A stretch of DNA of 64,000 bases from Candidatus Latescibacterota bacterium (lineage in GTDB: Bacteria > Latescibacterota > UBA2968), in NCBI GenBank assembly GCA_965204745.1, contig OZ242010.1, positions 32,001 through 96,000 of the forward strand, read 5' to 3'. Positions within the stretch are counted from its first letter, which is position 1, and every line of letters begins with the position of its first letter. The notes beneath the pieces were generated by a model, which was not told the origin of the DNA, did no database searches, and worked only from the letters and a program-made list of their open reading frames with translations. The position numbers and the translations under genes were made by a program. This document shows, piece after piece, positions 30,963 to 41,350 of the stretch.

Positions 30963-32345
30963 ATGACTGAGCGACTTTCGTTTCGGCCCGAGCGCAGGCC
31001 CAATGTGATTTGGATTTTTGGGGATCAGCATCGCGCCCATGCCTTGAGCTATCGGGGCGATCCCAATGTGTTCACGCCGAATATCGACAATCTCGCGCGC
31101 GAGGGGACGCGCTTTGACTGTGCGGTGGCAGGGGCACCGTGGTGTTCGCCTTTTCGCGGCGCGTTGCTGACGGGCACGTATCCGCATCAAAATGGGGTGA
31201 CGAAAACGCCATCGCCACTGCGCCCGACGATCCCGACCATTGCCGAGCCGTTCAATGATGCGGGGTATCACACCGCGTACATCGGCAAGTGGCATTTGGA
31301 TGGGGCGAACGCACGGGAACACTACGTGCCGCCCGAGCGCAGGGGGAAGTTTCAGTATTGGATGGGGTATGAAAACAACAACAACCAGAACGAGTGCTAT
31401 GTCTATGGCACGGATGGCGAAACGCCCCGGCGGTTGGACGAGTACGAAACCGATGGCCTGACCTCACTGCTGTTGGATCATCTCGCTGGGCATGTGGATG
31501 ACCGCGAAGACTATCAGCCCTTTTTCGCCGTGCTTTCGGTGCAACCGCCGCACAACCCCTACGTGCCGCCCACCAATCCACAGCGCGGGGCCAGGCGGAT
31601 TCACCCGTCCGAGATTCGGCTTCGGCGCAATGTGCCGGATGTGCCGTGGATCCGCGAGCGGGCCGCACTGGATCACGCGGGGTATTACGCGATGGTGGAA
31701 AATTTGGATGACAACGTGGGGCGGGTTCGCAACGCGCTCAAAGAAATGGGCATCGACCGCGAGACGTATTTGATTTTCTTTTCGGACCACGGGGATATGC
31801 TTTGGAGCCACGCGCAGTCGGGCAAGTCCTCGCCGTGGGAGGAATCGATCCGCATTCCGTTTGTCATCGGCAAAGTGGGCGGCAGTTACAACATGCGAAC
31901 GGGTTCGACCGATGCGGTTATCAATCACGTCGATATCGCGCCTACGACCCTGGGCCTGTGCGGCATCCCGGTGCCCGATAGCATGGTGGGGCACGATTAT
32001 TCGGGATATTGCATTCCCAATGACGCCGCAGAGTTCAAGGGCAAGCCGGATAGGGCGTCCGAACCGGACTCGGCCTATCTCCAGCAGATCCCCCGCAAGA
32101 TGCACGCGCACACAGTGAACGAGGCGTGGCGGGCCGTAGTGATGCGAGACGGGTGGAAATACGCCTGCACGCCGGGCAATGACTGGCTGCTTTTTAATAC
32201 GGCTGACGATCCCTACGAACAGGCGAATTACGTGTATAACAAGGCGTTTGAAAAAGAGAAAGCGCGTTGCCACCAACGCCTCGCGCAGTGGATTGAAGAC
32301 ACGGGCGACGATTTTGCGTTGCCGGATATTGGGTTGGATGAATAG
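30963..32345 (+). CDS. Sulfatase (Cys-type)
   Basis: PNVIWIFGDQ, CSPFR (CxPxR)...LLTG, GKWHL and SDHGD motifs. Confidence 0.95.
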   Translation: MTERLSFRPERRPNVIWIFGDQHRAHALSYRGDPNVFTPNIDNLAREGTRFDCAVAGAPWCSPFRGALLTGTYPHQNGVTKTPSPLRPTIPTIAEPFNDAGYHTAYIGKWHLDGANAREHYVPPERRGKFQYWMGYENNNNQNECYVYGTDGETPRRLDEYETDGLTSLLLDHLAGHVDDREDYQPFFAVLSVQPPHNPYVPPTNPQRGARRIHPSEIRLRRNVPDVPWIRERAALDHAGYYAMVENLDDNVGRVRNALKEMGIDRETYLIFFSDHGDMLWSHAQSGKSSPWEESIRIPFVIGKVGGSYNMRTGSTDAVINHVDIAPTTLGLCGIPVPDSMVGHDYSGYCIPNDAAEFKGKPDRASEPDSAYLQQIPRKMHAHTVNEAWRAVVMRDGWKYACTPGNDWLLFNTADDPYEQANYVYNKAFEKEKARCHQRLAQWIEDTGDDFALPDIGLDE

Positions 32346-32468
32346 AAGAATCATCGGACCCGGGGGACAACTGCGTGGCAGTTCATCGTAGAGTCAGACG
32401 AGGTTCCTTTGCAACCATCCGCCAAGTCGATCACGGATGGATGGCGCGGCTCCTGCACTCGCCCAGAG

Positions 32469-32504
32469 AAAAGGCCAGTTCCCGATAGTGGAAACTGGCC
32501 TTTT
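32469..32504. terminator. Probable bidirectional terminator
   Basis: AAAAGGCCAGTTCC..GGAAACTGGCCTTTT inverted repeat. Confidence 0.6.
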
Positions 32505-32587
32505 GTTCGTAAAAAAAATCCATGTGACAAATGGGGGTTTTTTGTTATTTTTTTGCGACCCTTTCCACCCAAACAGGAGATTGACAA

Positions 32588-33076
32588 ATGAGATACCTCA
32601 TCCCGCTGTTATTCGCGTTTGCATGGCTACCTACCGCCGATGCCCAAACGGCAAAACCGAGCGGCAGTTTGGAAGGCAGAGTGGGTAGATTAGAAGGAAT
32701 TGTCGAGCAGATTGACAAGCGGCTGACCAATATCGAGCAGGATCAACGCGAGATCTTAAAGCGCATGGAGGCCATGAGCAGTGAAATAAATACCATGAGA
32801 GGGGAAATGAATATCATGAGCAAGGAAATAAATCTCATGAGCGGTGAAATAAATACGATAAAAAGAGATATGGTCACCATGAGAAGCGAGTTGTCGAGCG
32901 AAATTAGCACCACCTTTCGGTGGCTTGTCGGGATCATCGTCACGCTTTTTCTCGGCAATGTGGGGGTGAACTGGTATTGGAACAGAAAGAACTCACCAAC
33001 CGAAGCCCCCGGTCCTGTTCCGCGTAGAGAGGAAAGTCGTCCTGCCGCCCGTCCTTCCCTTGTTGACCAACCCTAG
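32588..33076 (+). CDS. Signal-peptide coiled-coil protein with heptad repeats and C-terminal TM helix
   Basis: Signal peptide, repeats MSSEINT/MRGEMNI/MSKEINL/MSGEINT, and TM segment FRWLVGIIVTLFLG. Confidence 0.75.
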   Translation: MRYLIPLLFAFAWLPTADAQTAKPSGSLEGRVGRLEGIVEQIDKRLTNIEQDQREILKRMEAMSSEINTMRGEMNIMSKEINLMSGEINTIKRDMVTMRSELSSEISTTFRWLVGIIVTLFLGNVGVNWYWNRKNSPTEAPGPVPRREESRPAARPSLVDQP

Positions 33077-33190
33077 TGGAGACGCAAGACGGGAGACGGG
33101 AGAAGCAAGAGGGAAAGGGCAGTTCCCGCCATTCGTAAAAAAAAATAAACACATCACGAGCGGAGCCTGCAACGCATAATGTTGTGATTC

Positions 33191-34069
33191 TCATCGCGAT
33201 GTGTTGACGATAGTGATGCCGATGCCCACGAGCGCGAGGCTGAAGAGGATGCCGGGGGAGATGGGATCGCCGAGGAGGAGGTTGCTGATGATGACGCCGA
33301 CAATGGGGGTGATGAATCCGAAGACGGCGAGGCGGCTGGCTGAATGGCGTTGCAACAGGTTGGTCAACAGGATGAAGCAAAAGCCCGCGACGACAAAGCC
33401 TTGATAAAAGACCGCGCCGAGGACGCGGAGATCGAGTTGAATGAGCTGCGTTTCAAAAAGCGCGCTGAGGGCGAAAAACAGGGGCAAACTGGGTGCGGAT
33501 TGCCAGATGAGGACTTTTCCCGGGTGCATGTTTTGGGTGAGCCGCTTGAGATAGACTTGGCGTGCGCCGAGCAGAGACGCGCTGGCGAGCACGAGGACGT
33601 CGCCCAAGAGGTGTTGAAATTCGTTGAGCGCGAGGCTTTCGGCAAAGATGAGCACCACGCCGAGGAAAGACAGGATCATGCCGATCATTTTGCGCGTGCT
33701 GATTTTGTCCCCCGGGATAAAGAGGTGGGCGAACAGGGCGGTGAAGAAGGGATAGGCCGAGATGAAGATGGTGGAGCGGCTGGCCAGGGTGTACGCGGTG
33801 CCCATGTTGAGCAAGTAGATTTGCGTAAAAAAAATCACGATGAGGCCGAGGACGCCGCGCTGTTCGTCGCGTTTGAGTTTCAGGTCGAGGTCGAGGGGCC
33901 GCGTCCAAAGATAGACGACGATCCCGCCGAGCAAAAAGCGCACGCCCGCAAGGCACAGCGGCGGGATGCCTGCCAAGCCGAGTTTGATGGACGCGGAATT
34001 TCCGCCCCAGAGGATTGCCGTGAGGAGGTTGAGGAGGGTGGCGCGGGTGTCGAGGCGATCATTTTGCAC
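33191..34069 (-). CDS. DMT/EamA family transporter
   Basis: AILWGGN..IKLGL..IPP...GVRFL motif, about 10 TM segments; GTG start next to the upstream stop. Confidence 0.88.
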   Translation of the reverse strand: MQNDRLDTRATLLNLLTAILWGGNSASIKLGLAGIPPLCLAGVRFLLGGIVVYLWTRPLDLDLKLKRDEQRGVLGLIVIFFTQIYLLNMGTAYTLASRSTIFISAYPFFTALFAHLFIPGDKISTRKMIGMILSFLGVVLIFAESLALNEFQHLLGDVLVLASASLLGARQVYLKRLTQNMHPGKVLIWQSAPSLPLFFALSALFETQLIQLDLRVLGAVFYQGFVVAGFCFILLTNLLQRHSASRLAVFGFITPIVGVIISNLLLGDPISPGILFSLALVGIGITIVNTSR

Positions 34070-34071
34070 GG

Positions 34072-34626
34072 TTACGCCCCGGATTTGGAATAGGCGCGGA
34101 TGAAGACGACGAGCATGGGGATGACGAGCCAGAGGGGTTGCGCGATGGCCGCGAATGTGCCGAGCACGCCGATCAGCCCGGCGAGGACGAACCCACGACA
34201 TAAGGCCCTGCGTGCGGTAGGCGCGATGCCGGGGATGAGGTCGATCAGGCGACCGGGCAGGCCGCACGGTTGCTCATCGGCGTAATATCCGACAAGGTTG
34301 ACGGCCCAAGAGATGAGGGCGACGGGCATGCTGGATTCGGAGGATAAAATGTTCAAGTCGACGCCGAAGTCGCGCAAGTGCATGTGCAAGCACACGAGAT
34401 ACGCCCCATCGCGCAGGGGCCTCAACAAGCCCACTTCGTCGAGTTGGGCACTGCGCCGCTGTTCGGCATGCGCGATGAGTTGAAAAAATGCGTAGAGCAT
34501 GACAATGGCGATGGGATACTTAAAGACCACATAAGGTATCGCGTAGTGCAGGCGGTCGTAAGCGAGCAATGCGGTGCTGCCCGTGATCAAAAAAGCGGCG
34601 AGGGGAATGGCGTTTTGTTTGAGCAT
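34072..34626 (-). CDS. Hypothetical membrane protein
   Basis: Hydrophobic ORF starting MLKQNAIP. The upstream part of the track ORF is only heptamer repeat. Confidence 0.55.
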   Translation of the reverse strand: MLKQNAIPLAAFLITGSTALLAYDRLHYAIPYVVFKYPIAIVMLYAFFQLIAHAEQRRSAQLDEVGLLRPLRDGAYLVCLHMHLRDFGVDLNILSSESSMPVALISWAVNLVGYYADEQPCGLPGRLIDLIPGIAPTARRALCRGFVLAGLIGVLGTFAAIAQPLWLVIPMLVVFIRAYSKSGA

Positions 34627-34957
34627 AGCGGAAAAGGTGAGGCGTAAGAGGTAAGAGGTAAGAGGTGAGAGGCGAGAGGCGAGAGGTAAGAGGCGAGAGG
34701 CGAGAGGCGAGAGGCAAGAGGTAAGAGGTAAGAGGTAAGAGGCAAGAGGGGAGAGGGGTGGTCTTCTCACGTCTTGCCTCTCACCTCTCACCTTTTTGGG
34801 CGATGCCTTCGTGTTCGCCCGAAGCAATAGTCAGGGGTCAGTCCTCGCCTAAGCCGCTCCAAGCGGTCAGGGGTCAGTCCTCGCCCAAGCCGCCCCGAGC
34901 GATTTGTTTGCTGACTGCTGATTCTGATTATATCGCGTTGTGTCGGTGTTGTCAAGG

Positions 34958-36472
34958 ATGGAGGTCGTTTTGAAACAGTGGATTTTGTGTTTTGCGTTGG
35001 GGATGGCGTTTGTGCAGGTCGCGGAGGCGCGGGATTTTTTGAAGGAGATCGAGGCGCGTTATGCCGAAGGCGAGGTCGAGGACGCGCTCGCGGTGGCGAA
35101 AGCCTTTGCCGAAGCGCATGCGGATAGCATTTCTGCACACGGGTTTTTGGGCACGCTGTACGCAGAGACCGGGCAGTTGGACGCGGCTGTGACCGCGTTT
35201 CAAAAGGTGATCGCGCTGAAGCCGAGTTCTGTGCGCGGGTATCGCGATCTCGCGGTGGTGTTCGCGCAGCAGGGCGAGTTTTCACAGGCGTTTGACGCGC
35301 TGGGGCAGGGCATCGAGCAGAGCGAAGAACCGGTGCTGCTCTTGGTAGAACGCGCGTCGCTCAACCGGGATTTGGGCAAGCGCGAGGAGGCGATAGCCGA
35401 TTTTGAAGCGGCGATCAACCGCCGCCCGAATTTTATCGAAGCGTATCAAACGCTGGCACTGACCCATATCGCGTTTGGCGATACGCTCGCGGCGATAGCG
35501 GTGATGGACCGCGGGCTTGGGGCGAATCCGGACAACGTGATGTTGATGGTCAATCGAGGCGGGATTTTCCACGCCTTGGGCAGGACGCGAGACGCGCTCG
35601 CGGCGTATCGACAGGCCATTGCGACCGCGCCGGAAGACCCATCGGCCCATCGCGCGCTCGGGTTTATGGCCGCAGAGGTCGATTCGTTGGCGATAGCACA
35701 GGCCGCCTGGGAAAAGGCGCGCGAGCTCTCGCCCGATGATCTCGAGGTGCGAGACGCACTCGCGCAACTCTACGCGGCCCGGGGAAATTTTGACGCGAGT
35801 ATCGGCGAGATGCTCGGCATTTTGGAACGCGCCCCAGACGCACATCCAGTGCGTTTTCGCTTGGCCGAGGTCTATGTGGCAAAACGAGAGGTGGCACAGG
35901 CCAAGGGCGTGTTGGCGGACTGCATAGCGCGTTCTCCAGCTTGGATCGCGCCCTACAAGCGGTTGGCCTTGCTGTATTTGGGCGAAAACGCGGTCGATTC
36001 TGCCGGGGCGATTTACCACAAGGCGTTGGAGATCGATCCCAAAGATGCCGAGGTTCACAACAATTTGGGATATATTTATTCGTCTCAGGGCGATTTGGAC
36101 AAGGCGCGGCAGGCGTACGAAACCGCGATGGTCGAAAGCCAAGACCCCAATACCCTGCGAGACGCACAGGGCAATTTGGATATCATCAAGTCCATCCAAG
36201 CGGGCGAGATGCGCGTGCGCCACATCTTGGTGAAGACGGAGATCGAGGCGCAGGAGATTTTGAACAAGCTCAAAGCCGGCGAGGATTTCGCCACGCTGGC
36301 CCGCACGTATTCTATCGATCCGTCCAAGAAAAACGGGGGCAGCACGGGGTTTTTCTCCCAAGGCGATTTCCACCCGGATTTTGAGGCCGTGGTGATGAAA
36401 CTCAAACCCAATGAGATCAGCGACATTGTCAAAACCCCGCTGGGCTATCATGTGATTCTGCGGGTTAACTGA
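34958..36472 (+). CDS. TPR-repeat protein with C-terminal PpiC/parvulin peptidyl-prolyl isomerase
   Basis: Multiple TPRs, then VRHILV...FATLARTYSIDPS..NGGSTG...TPLGYHVI. Confidence 0.9.
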   Translation: MEVVLKQWILCFALGMAFVQVAEARDFLKEIEARYAEGEVEDALAVAKAFAEAHADSISAHGFLGTLYAETGQLDAAVTAFQKVIALKPSSVRGYRDLAVVFAQQGEFSQAFDALGQGIEQSEEPVLLLVERASLNRDLGKREEAIADFEAAINRRPNFIEAYQTLALTHIAFGDTLAAIAVMDRGLGANPDNVMLMVNRGGIFHALGRTRDALAAYRQAIATAPEDPSAHRALGFMAAEVDSLAIAQAAWEKARELSPDDLEVRDALAQLYAARGNFDASIGEMLGILERAPDAHPVRFRLAEVYVAKREVAQAKGVLADCIARSPAWIAPYKRLALLYLGENAVDSAGAIYHKALEIDPKDAEVHNNLGYIYSSQGDLDKARQAYETAMVESQDPNTLRDAQGNLDIIKSIQAGEMRVRHILVKTEIEAQEILNKLKAGEDFATLARTYSIDPSKKNGGSTGFFSQGDFHPDFEAVVMKLKPNEISDIVKTPLGYHVILRVN

Positions 36473-36500
36473 TGGAGGTCGGCTCAACGCCGATTGCCGA

Positions 36501-37328
36501 GTGCTTTTGTCCACTTACTTCCAAATATCGACTGTTCTGCGGCGGACGCGGGTCGAGCGCGTGTCCGCCCAATTGTTTGAACTGGGTTGTCGTGGTATCG
36601 CAGAGGAGGACGTGGGCGATGAGGCGGTTCGGATCATCGCCTATTTTGAGGCCGCGCGAGATCGAGACCCCGTGTTGCGGGTTCTCAAGTCCTGCGACTG
36701 CCGGGTCGAGGCGGTGCCAGATGAGGATTGGACGACCGCGTGGCGTGCGTTTTTCCAGCCCGTTTATCCGACCCCGCGCATCGCGGTTTGCCCGCCGTGG
36801 CAGCGCGTGCCCGATCCCCCGGGCGGTTTTGCCATTGCGATTGAGCCGCAGATGGCTTTTGGCACTGGGCATCACGAAACGACGCGCTTGGCCCTGGTGG
36901 GATTGGACGCCCGGATCGCGCCCCGGGACAGGGTGCTAGATGTGGGAACCGGGTCCGGGATTTTGGGTATTGCAGCCGCGAAGTTGGGCGCGGCAGAAGT
37001 TGTGGCGGTGGATGTTGACGCAACAGCGGTTGAGAATGCCCGCGCCAACTGCGTTTTGAACGATGTGGGCGCGCAGGTGAGGGTGGCGCAGCAGACGGTG
37101 GATGCGGTGAGCGGGGTGTTCGACGTGGTGGTCGCCAATATTATCAGCAGCATTTTGTTGCCGATGATACCGCGATTGGCAAAGCGACTGGATGGATGCG
37201 CGATTTTGGGCGGGATTCTGGCCCGCGAGCGCGAGCCGTTTTGCGCCGCGCTCCACGAGGCCGGCTTAGCAGTGGATGAGATGCTCGAAGAAGGCGACTG
37301 GATCTGCGCGATTGCCCGCAGAGAATAG
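36501..37328 (+). CDS. prmA: Ribosomal protein L11 methyltransferase
   Basis: IEPQMAFGTGHHETT, VLDVGTGSGIL and VVANI motifs. Confidence 0.93.
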   Translation: MLLSTYFQISTVLRRTRVERVSAQLFELGCRGIAEEDVGDEAVRIIAYFEAARDRDPVLRVLKSCDCRVEAVPDEDWTTAWRAFFQPVYPTPRIAVCPPWQRVPDPPGGFAIAIEPQMAFGTGHHETTRLALVGLDARIAPRDRVLDVGTGSGILGIAAAKLGAAEVVAVDVDATAVENARANCVLNDVGAQVRVAQQTVDAVSGVFDVVVANIISSILLPMIPRLAKRLDGCAILGGILAREREPFCAALHEAGLAVDEMLEEGDWICAIARRE

Positions 37329-37331
37329 GGG

Positions 37332-38726
37332 ATGGCGATGAGCGAAACGGTTAAACAACGCATCCGCGATTTTTTGGCACACCACGACGCGGGCGTGCGC
37401 GCCGAGGTGCTGGCTTATGAGGCCCTGGGCTTGCGCGGCGCAGTCGGCGCCATCGCTGACCGGGTGGTGCGCGCAGCAGTCGCGGGGGATCCCGGTTTTG
37501 TGTGCGACAGCGGGGGGATGTGGTACCTAAAATCGTCCGTGCGCGAGACCGCCCTGCGGGAGATTTCTTTTGTGTGCGTTGGGCTCGTCCCATCCGCCGA
37601 TGCAGAGGTGCATGCGCTGGCCGGGCGCAAGGTGCAGGTGGATGGGCGCGAGGCCCTGTTTCCCCCGGTGCGGATTCGCCTGGGCGAGCGTGCCGAGACG
37701 TGGGTTTCTTATGCGGAATTTGCCAAGGACGCGGTGCTGGTGGGATTTCAATGGCCCAAGGTTCAGCGGGCTGTGAACGGGTTGAGCCGCGCGGCAATGG
37801 GCGAGGCAATCGCCGAGTCGGGGATTTGTCTGTTTCGGCTGGGCCGGCGGTTTTATCCGGAGGTCAACTTGCATGGGGTTGAAGACTTGGCTGTTGCGAT
37901 GGGCCTGTCTTTTGTGGCGGATCGGGGCGCCGAAGGGGAAGCGAGTTTGCAAGCCGATGTTTTGCTACACTTATTGGGGCAGTGCGCGTCTGCGGGGATT
38001 CAGACCCTCGAGGCGCTGACCGCGGTGCTGTATCCGGACCCGGTTCCCGTGCGTTTTGATGCGTATGCGTTTGACGAGGCGTTTTTGAGCGCGTTGCCCG
38101 CATCGCCCGGGGTGTACATCATGCGCGACCGCGAGGGCCGGGCGATTTACGTGGGCAAGGCGGTGAATTTGCGGACGCGCGTGGGCAGTTATTTTGCCAA
38201 CCGGGCGGAGCGCCCGGAAAAGACCCGGCGCATTTTGGACAGAATCTGGTCGATGGAAGTGGAGACGGTCGGCTCTGAACTCGAGGCCCTGTTGCTCGAA
38301 TCCAAACTGATCGCCCTGTGCCAGCCCGAGTTTAACACCCAGGTTGACGTTCACATCCGAGAGATGGATTTGGGCGCGAACAATCAAGTGTTGATTCTGC
38401 CATCGTCCGAGCCGGAATGCGTGGAGTTGTTCTGCATTGCAGATGGCACGTCATTCCAGCAGGTGCGCGCACGCAAAGACCTGCGCGATTGGGAGGCCGC
38501 ACAACGCGGCTTGTACCAACTTTATTTTGACGCACACGTCGAACCGGATCTCGAAACGGGCGCGCCTTTTGAGATTTTGAAAAGCTGGCTCGTCGCAAAA
38601 CGCGACTCGGTAAATTGGGTGGATATGGACAGCACGGGCAGTGCGGACAACGCGCTGCGGATCGTCAGCGAATACGTACAACACTGCGAAGGCGAGGCGT
38701 GGGAAAAAATTTCGTGGCGGGTGTGA
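37332..38726 (+). CDS. GIY-YIG (UvrC/Cho-like) nuclease with degenerate DEDD exonuclease-like N-terminal domain
   Basis: LPASPGVYIM...IYVGKAVNLRTRVGSYF and ELEALLLESKLI...PEFN. Confidence 0.8.
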   Translation: MAMSETVKQRIRDFLAHHDAGVRAEVLAYEALGLRGAVGAIADRVVRAAVAGDPGFVCDSGGMWYLKSSVRETALREISFVCVGLVPSADAEVHALAGRKVQVDGREALFPPVRIRLGERAETWVSYAEFAKDAVLVGFQWPKVQRAVNGLSRAAMGEAIAESGICLFRLGRRFYPEVNLHGVEDLAVAMGLSFVADRGAEGEASLQADVLLHLLGQCASAGIQTLEALTAVLYPDPVPVRFDAYAFDEAFLSALPASPGVYIMRDREGRAIYVGKAVNLRTRVGSYFANRAERPEKTRRILDRIWSMEVETVGSELEALLLESKLIALCQPEFNTQVDVHIREMDLGANNQVLILPSSEPECVELFCIADGTSFQQVRARKDLRDWEAAQRGLYQLYFDAHVEPDLETGAPFEILKSWLVAKRDSVNWVDMDSTGSADNALRIVSEYVQHCEGEAWEKISWRV

Positions 38727-38810
38727 AGAAAGGGCAGAGTCTCGAAACGCATGGATAGTTTTAGTGAGGCGTTTAAGTGGTTTGAAAGTCTCAAAGCCAA
38801 AGCCGCGTGA

Positions 38811-39869
38811 TTACTTTAACCCGTGGCCAGTGAGGGGGGCGACGATGATCTCGTCAGTTTGAGCTGGATATTTCATAGACGCTACAATGGCCGTGGCCGA
38901 GGTGGGTTCGATGTAAAAGCCCATCTCGGCCATCTGTTTTTGGGCGCGGCGCGTTTCATCGTCTTCGACTGTGAGGATGTGGCCCCCGGTTTCGCGGATG
39001 CACTGGCGCATCTGTGCGGCGCGGGCGGGTTCGGCAATGGCAATGCCTTCGGCGATGGTCTCGAACGGGTTGCCGGACCAGTTGGGCGTCAGCGGGGCGC
39101 AATGGGCGGATTGAACCGCGATGAGTTTGGGCAGGCGGTCGATCAGGTTTTGCCTGAGCAGATCTGCAAATCCGATGTACGCGCCGATGAGCAACGTGCC
39201 ATTGCCGGTTGGGATGATGAGGGTGTCGGGTGCGTTGAACCCGCGTTGTTCCCAAATTTCGTACGCAAGGGTTTTGGTGCCGTGAAAGAAAAAGGGATTC
39301 CAAACGTGGCTGGCGTAAAAGTGCGTTCGCGCCGCGCTTTGAACGGCCCGCGCCGTGGCTTCGCGTGAGCCGGGGATTTTGTAAAGCCGCGCCCCATAGC
39401 TCTGAATTTGCGCGAGTTTTGCCGGCGACGTGCTATCGGGAACGTAGATGTCGCAGGCAATGCCCGCCCGCGCTGCATAAGCCGCGATTGCCGCGCCCGC
39501 ATTGCCCGATGAATCTTCGACCATGTGCTGAATGCCCAACGCCTTTGCATGGCTGACCAAAACAGTCGCGCCGCGATCCTTGTAAGATCCAGACGGGAAA
39601 AGGTGATCCTGCTTGACGAGGAGGGATTTGCCCGCGATAGTGATGGGCGTCAATGGGGTGAACCCCTCGCCAAAGCTGACGATATGGGCATCGTCCGCAA
39701 TGGGCATCGCCTCTCGGTAACGCCACAGCGTAGGCGGCCGGTCAGCAAGCGCGTCGACGCGCAGTTCGCCTTCAAAGACGAGATCAAAAAAACCCCCACA
39801 AGCGCAGTGCCATTGTAAGGTGTTGGGGGCGTGGGTCGTTCCGCAGAGTTGGCAGGTTAAGTGGGGCAT
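38811..39869 (-). CDS. Threonine synthase-like PLP-dependent enzyme
   Basis: GEGFTPL, PSGSYKDRG, SSGNAG, PTGNG and LTGHGLK motifs. Confidence 0.88.
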   Translation of the reverse strand: MPHLTCQLCGTTHAPNTLQWHCACGGFFDLVFEGELRVDALADRPPTLWRYREAMPIADDAHIVSFGEGFTPLTPITIAGKSLLVKQDHLFPSGSYKDRGATVLVSHAKALGIQHMVEDSSGNAGAAIAAYAARAGIACDIYVPDSTSPAKLAQIQSYGARLYKIPGSREATARAVQSAARTHFYASHVWNPFFFHGTKTLAYEIWEQRGFNAPDTLIIPTGNGTLLIGAYIGFADLLRQNLIDRLPKLIAVQSAHCAPLTPNWSGNPFETIAEGIAIAEPARAAQMRQCIRETGGHILTVEDDETRRAQKQMAEMGFYIEPTSATAIVASMKYPAQTDEIIVAPLTGHGLK

Positions 39870-40112
39870 GGTGAATAAGAGGGGAGAGGTAAGAGGTAAG
39901 AGGCAAGAGGTAAGAGGTAAGAGGCAAGAGGCAAGAGGCAAGAGGCGAGAGGCGAGAAGTAAGAGGCGAGAAGTAAGAGGTAAGAGACGAGGATAGAAAT
40001 GTAGGGGCGATGCCGCCCGAAAATGCAAGATACAAGATGGAATTAGCCACAAAAACACAAAAGGCACGAGCGGGGTACAACTGGCGCCAGCCAGTTCAAA
40101 GGCGAGCCGTGT

Positions 40113-40240
40113 GTAGGGGCGATGCCCCTGTGCTCGCCCGAAGATACAAGGAAGGGGGGCTAGGGAGTAGGTCAAAATAAAAAGACAAGGCTAAACTCCC
40201 ATCTCATATCTTCGGGCAGGCCCGAGGGTTGCTCCCCTAC
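40113..40240. repeat. Inverted pair of GTAG-type REP elements (REPIN-like)
   Basis: GTAGGGGCGATGCCCCTGTGCTCGCCC at 40113 and an inverted ...GGTTGCTCCCCTAC ending at 40240. Related copies at ~40002, 49525 and 56695. Confidence 0.65.
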
Positions 40241-40243
40241 GTT

Positions 40244-41350
40244 TCATCCGCGTTCATCGGTGGTTGCTTTTCCCGGTAGTTTAGCGATGTACTGATACCC
40301 CGGCTCCCGTGCCTGTCGCTCCAATATCTCGGCGATTTGTTTCCACGTTTCGCGCAGGCCGCGTGGGCAATCGGGCATCTCGTGTTTGATCAGCCTGTGC
40401 AGGCGACCAAGTTTATAGCACGGTACCGCGGCGTACATGTGGTGTTCGGTGTGGTAATTCATGTGCCAATAGAGAAACTGGAGCAGGGGATTGAGGTAGA
40501 TCGTGCGGCAACAGAGGCGAAAGTCCGGTACCCTGTCTTGCAAGCCGACGTGTTGCGAGGAATTGCAGAGAAAGTGCAACCAGGACCCGAACACCTTGGG
40601 AAATGTGATGACCAGCGGGACGATCCAATACCCAAACGCCACAGCTGCGCCCGCGATTGACACATGCCCGATCAGCAAGACGCGCTCCCACCGCGTGTAC
40701 GCGCGCCGCCGTTCTGGATCGCTTTCCGGAAAGAGCATCCCGATCCAGGAATTTTTCGCGTTGATATACCCCGTAAAGTTCCGAACCTTCTCCTTGAGCA
40801 GGGTATAGGGATACTTGTAATTCACAATGCCCCGCTTCCAAAGTCCCTTGAGGTCGATCTTTTGTGGCAAGACCACTTCCCGATCATCGGGCGCGTGCAA
40901 GGTGTATTTGTGATGCTCGGTGTGGCTCGCCCAAAACAGATGGTGATTGTGCCAGCCCAAAAAGGACAGAATCCGCAGGAAAAAGCGATTGAGCCACCGG
41001 GTTTTGAAGACCGAATCGTGTACCAATTCGTGAAAGCCATTGACCGAAAAATGCCAGAAGTGACCGTTGACAAAGACCAGCAACGCGGTGACGTACCACG
41101 GCCAATGGCGCGATGCGTATATGGTCGCGCCCGCACCAGCCGCCAACACCCCCAAGAACCCGAGTGTCTGCGCGAAGCCCAAGAAATCGCTGCGCTTGTT
41201 GAGTTCGCGCAAGGTCTCGCGGGTGACGCGGCAGCGATACCACCTGATTCGCGTCTTCTTCTGCGGCGCGTTGTACTTCGGCCACTCGGTCAACACATCC
41301 CGATCCGAAAGCGCGCCCTGCTCAACCACATGGTCTGTTTGTGCGTTCAT
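40244..41350 (-). CDS. Fatty acid desaturase family protein
   Basis: His boxes HELVH, HTEHH and HTEHH. Confidence 0.88.
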   Translation of the reverse strand: MNAQTDHVVEQGALSDRDVLTEWPKYNAPQKKTRIRWYRCRVTRETLRELNKRSDFLGFAQTLGFLGVLAAGAGATIYASRHWPWYVTALLVFVNGHFWHFSVNGFHELVHDSVFKTRWLNRFFLRILSFLGWHNHHLFWASHTEHHKYTLHAPDDREVVLPQKIDLKGLWKRGIVNYKYPYTLLKEKVRNFTGYINAKNSWIGMLFPESDPERRRAYTRWERVLLIGHVSIAGAAVAFGYWIVPLVITFPKVFGSWLHFLCNSSQHVGLQDRVPDFRLCCRTIYLNPLLQFLYWHMNYHTEHHMYAAVPCYKLGRLHRLIKHEMPDCPRGLRETWKQIAEILERQAREPGYQYIAKLPGKATTDERG

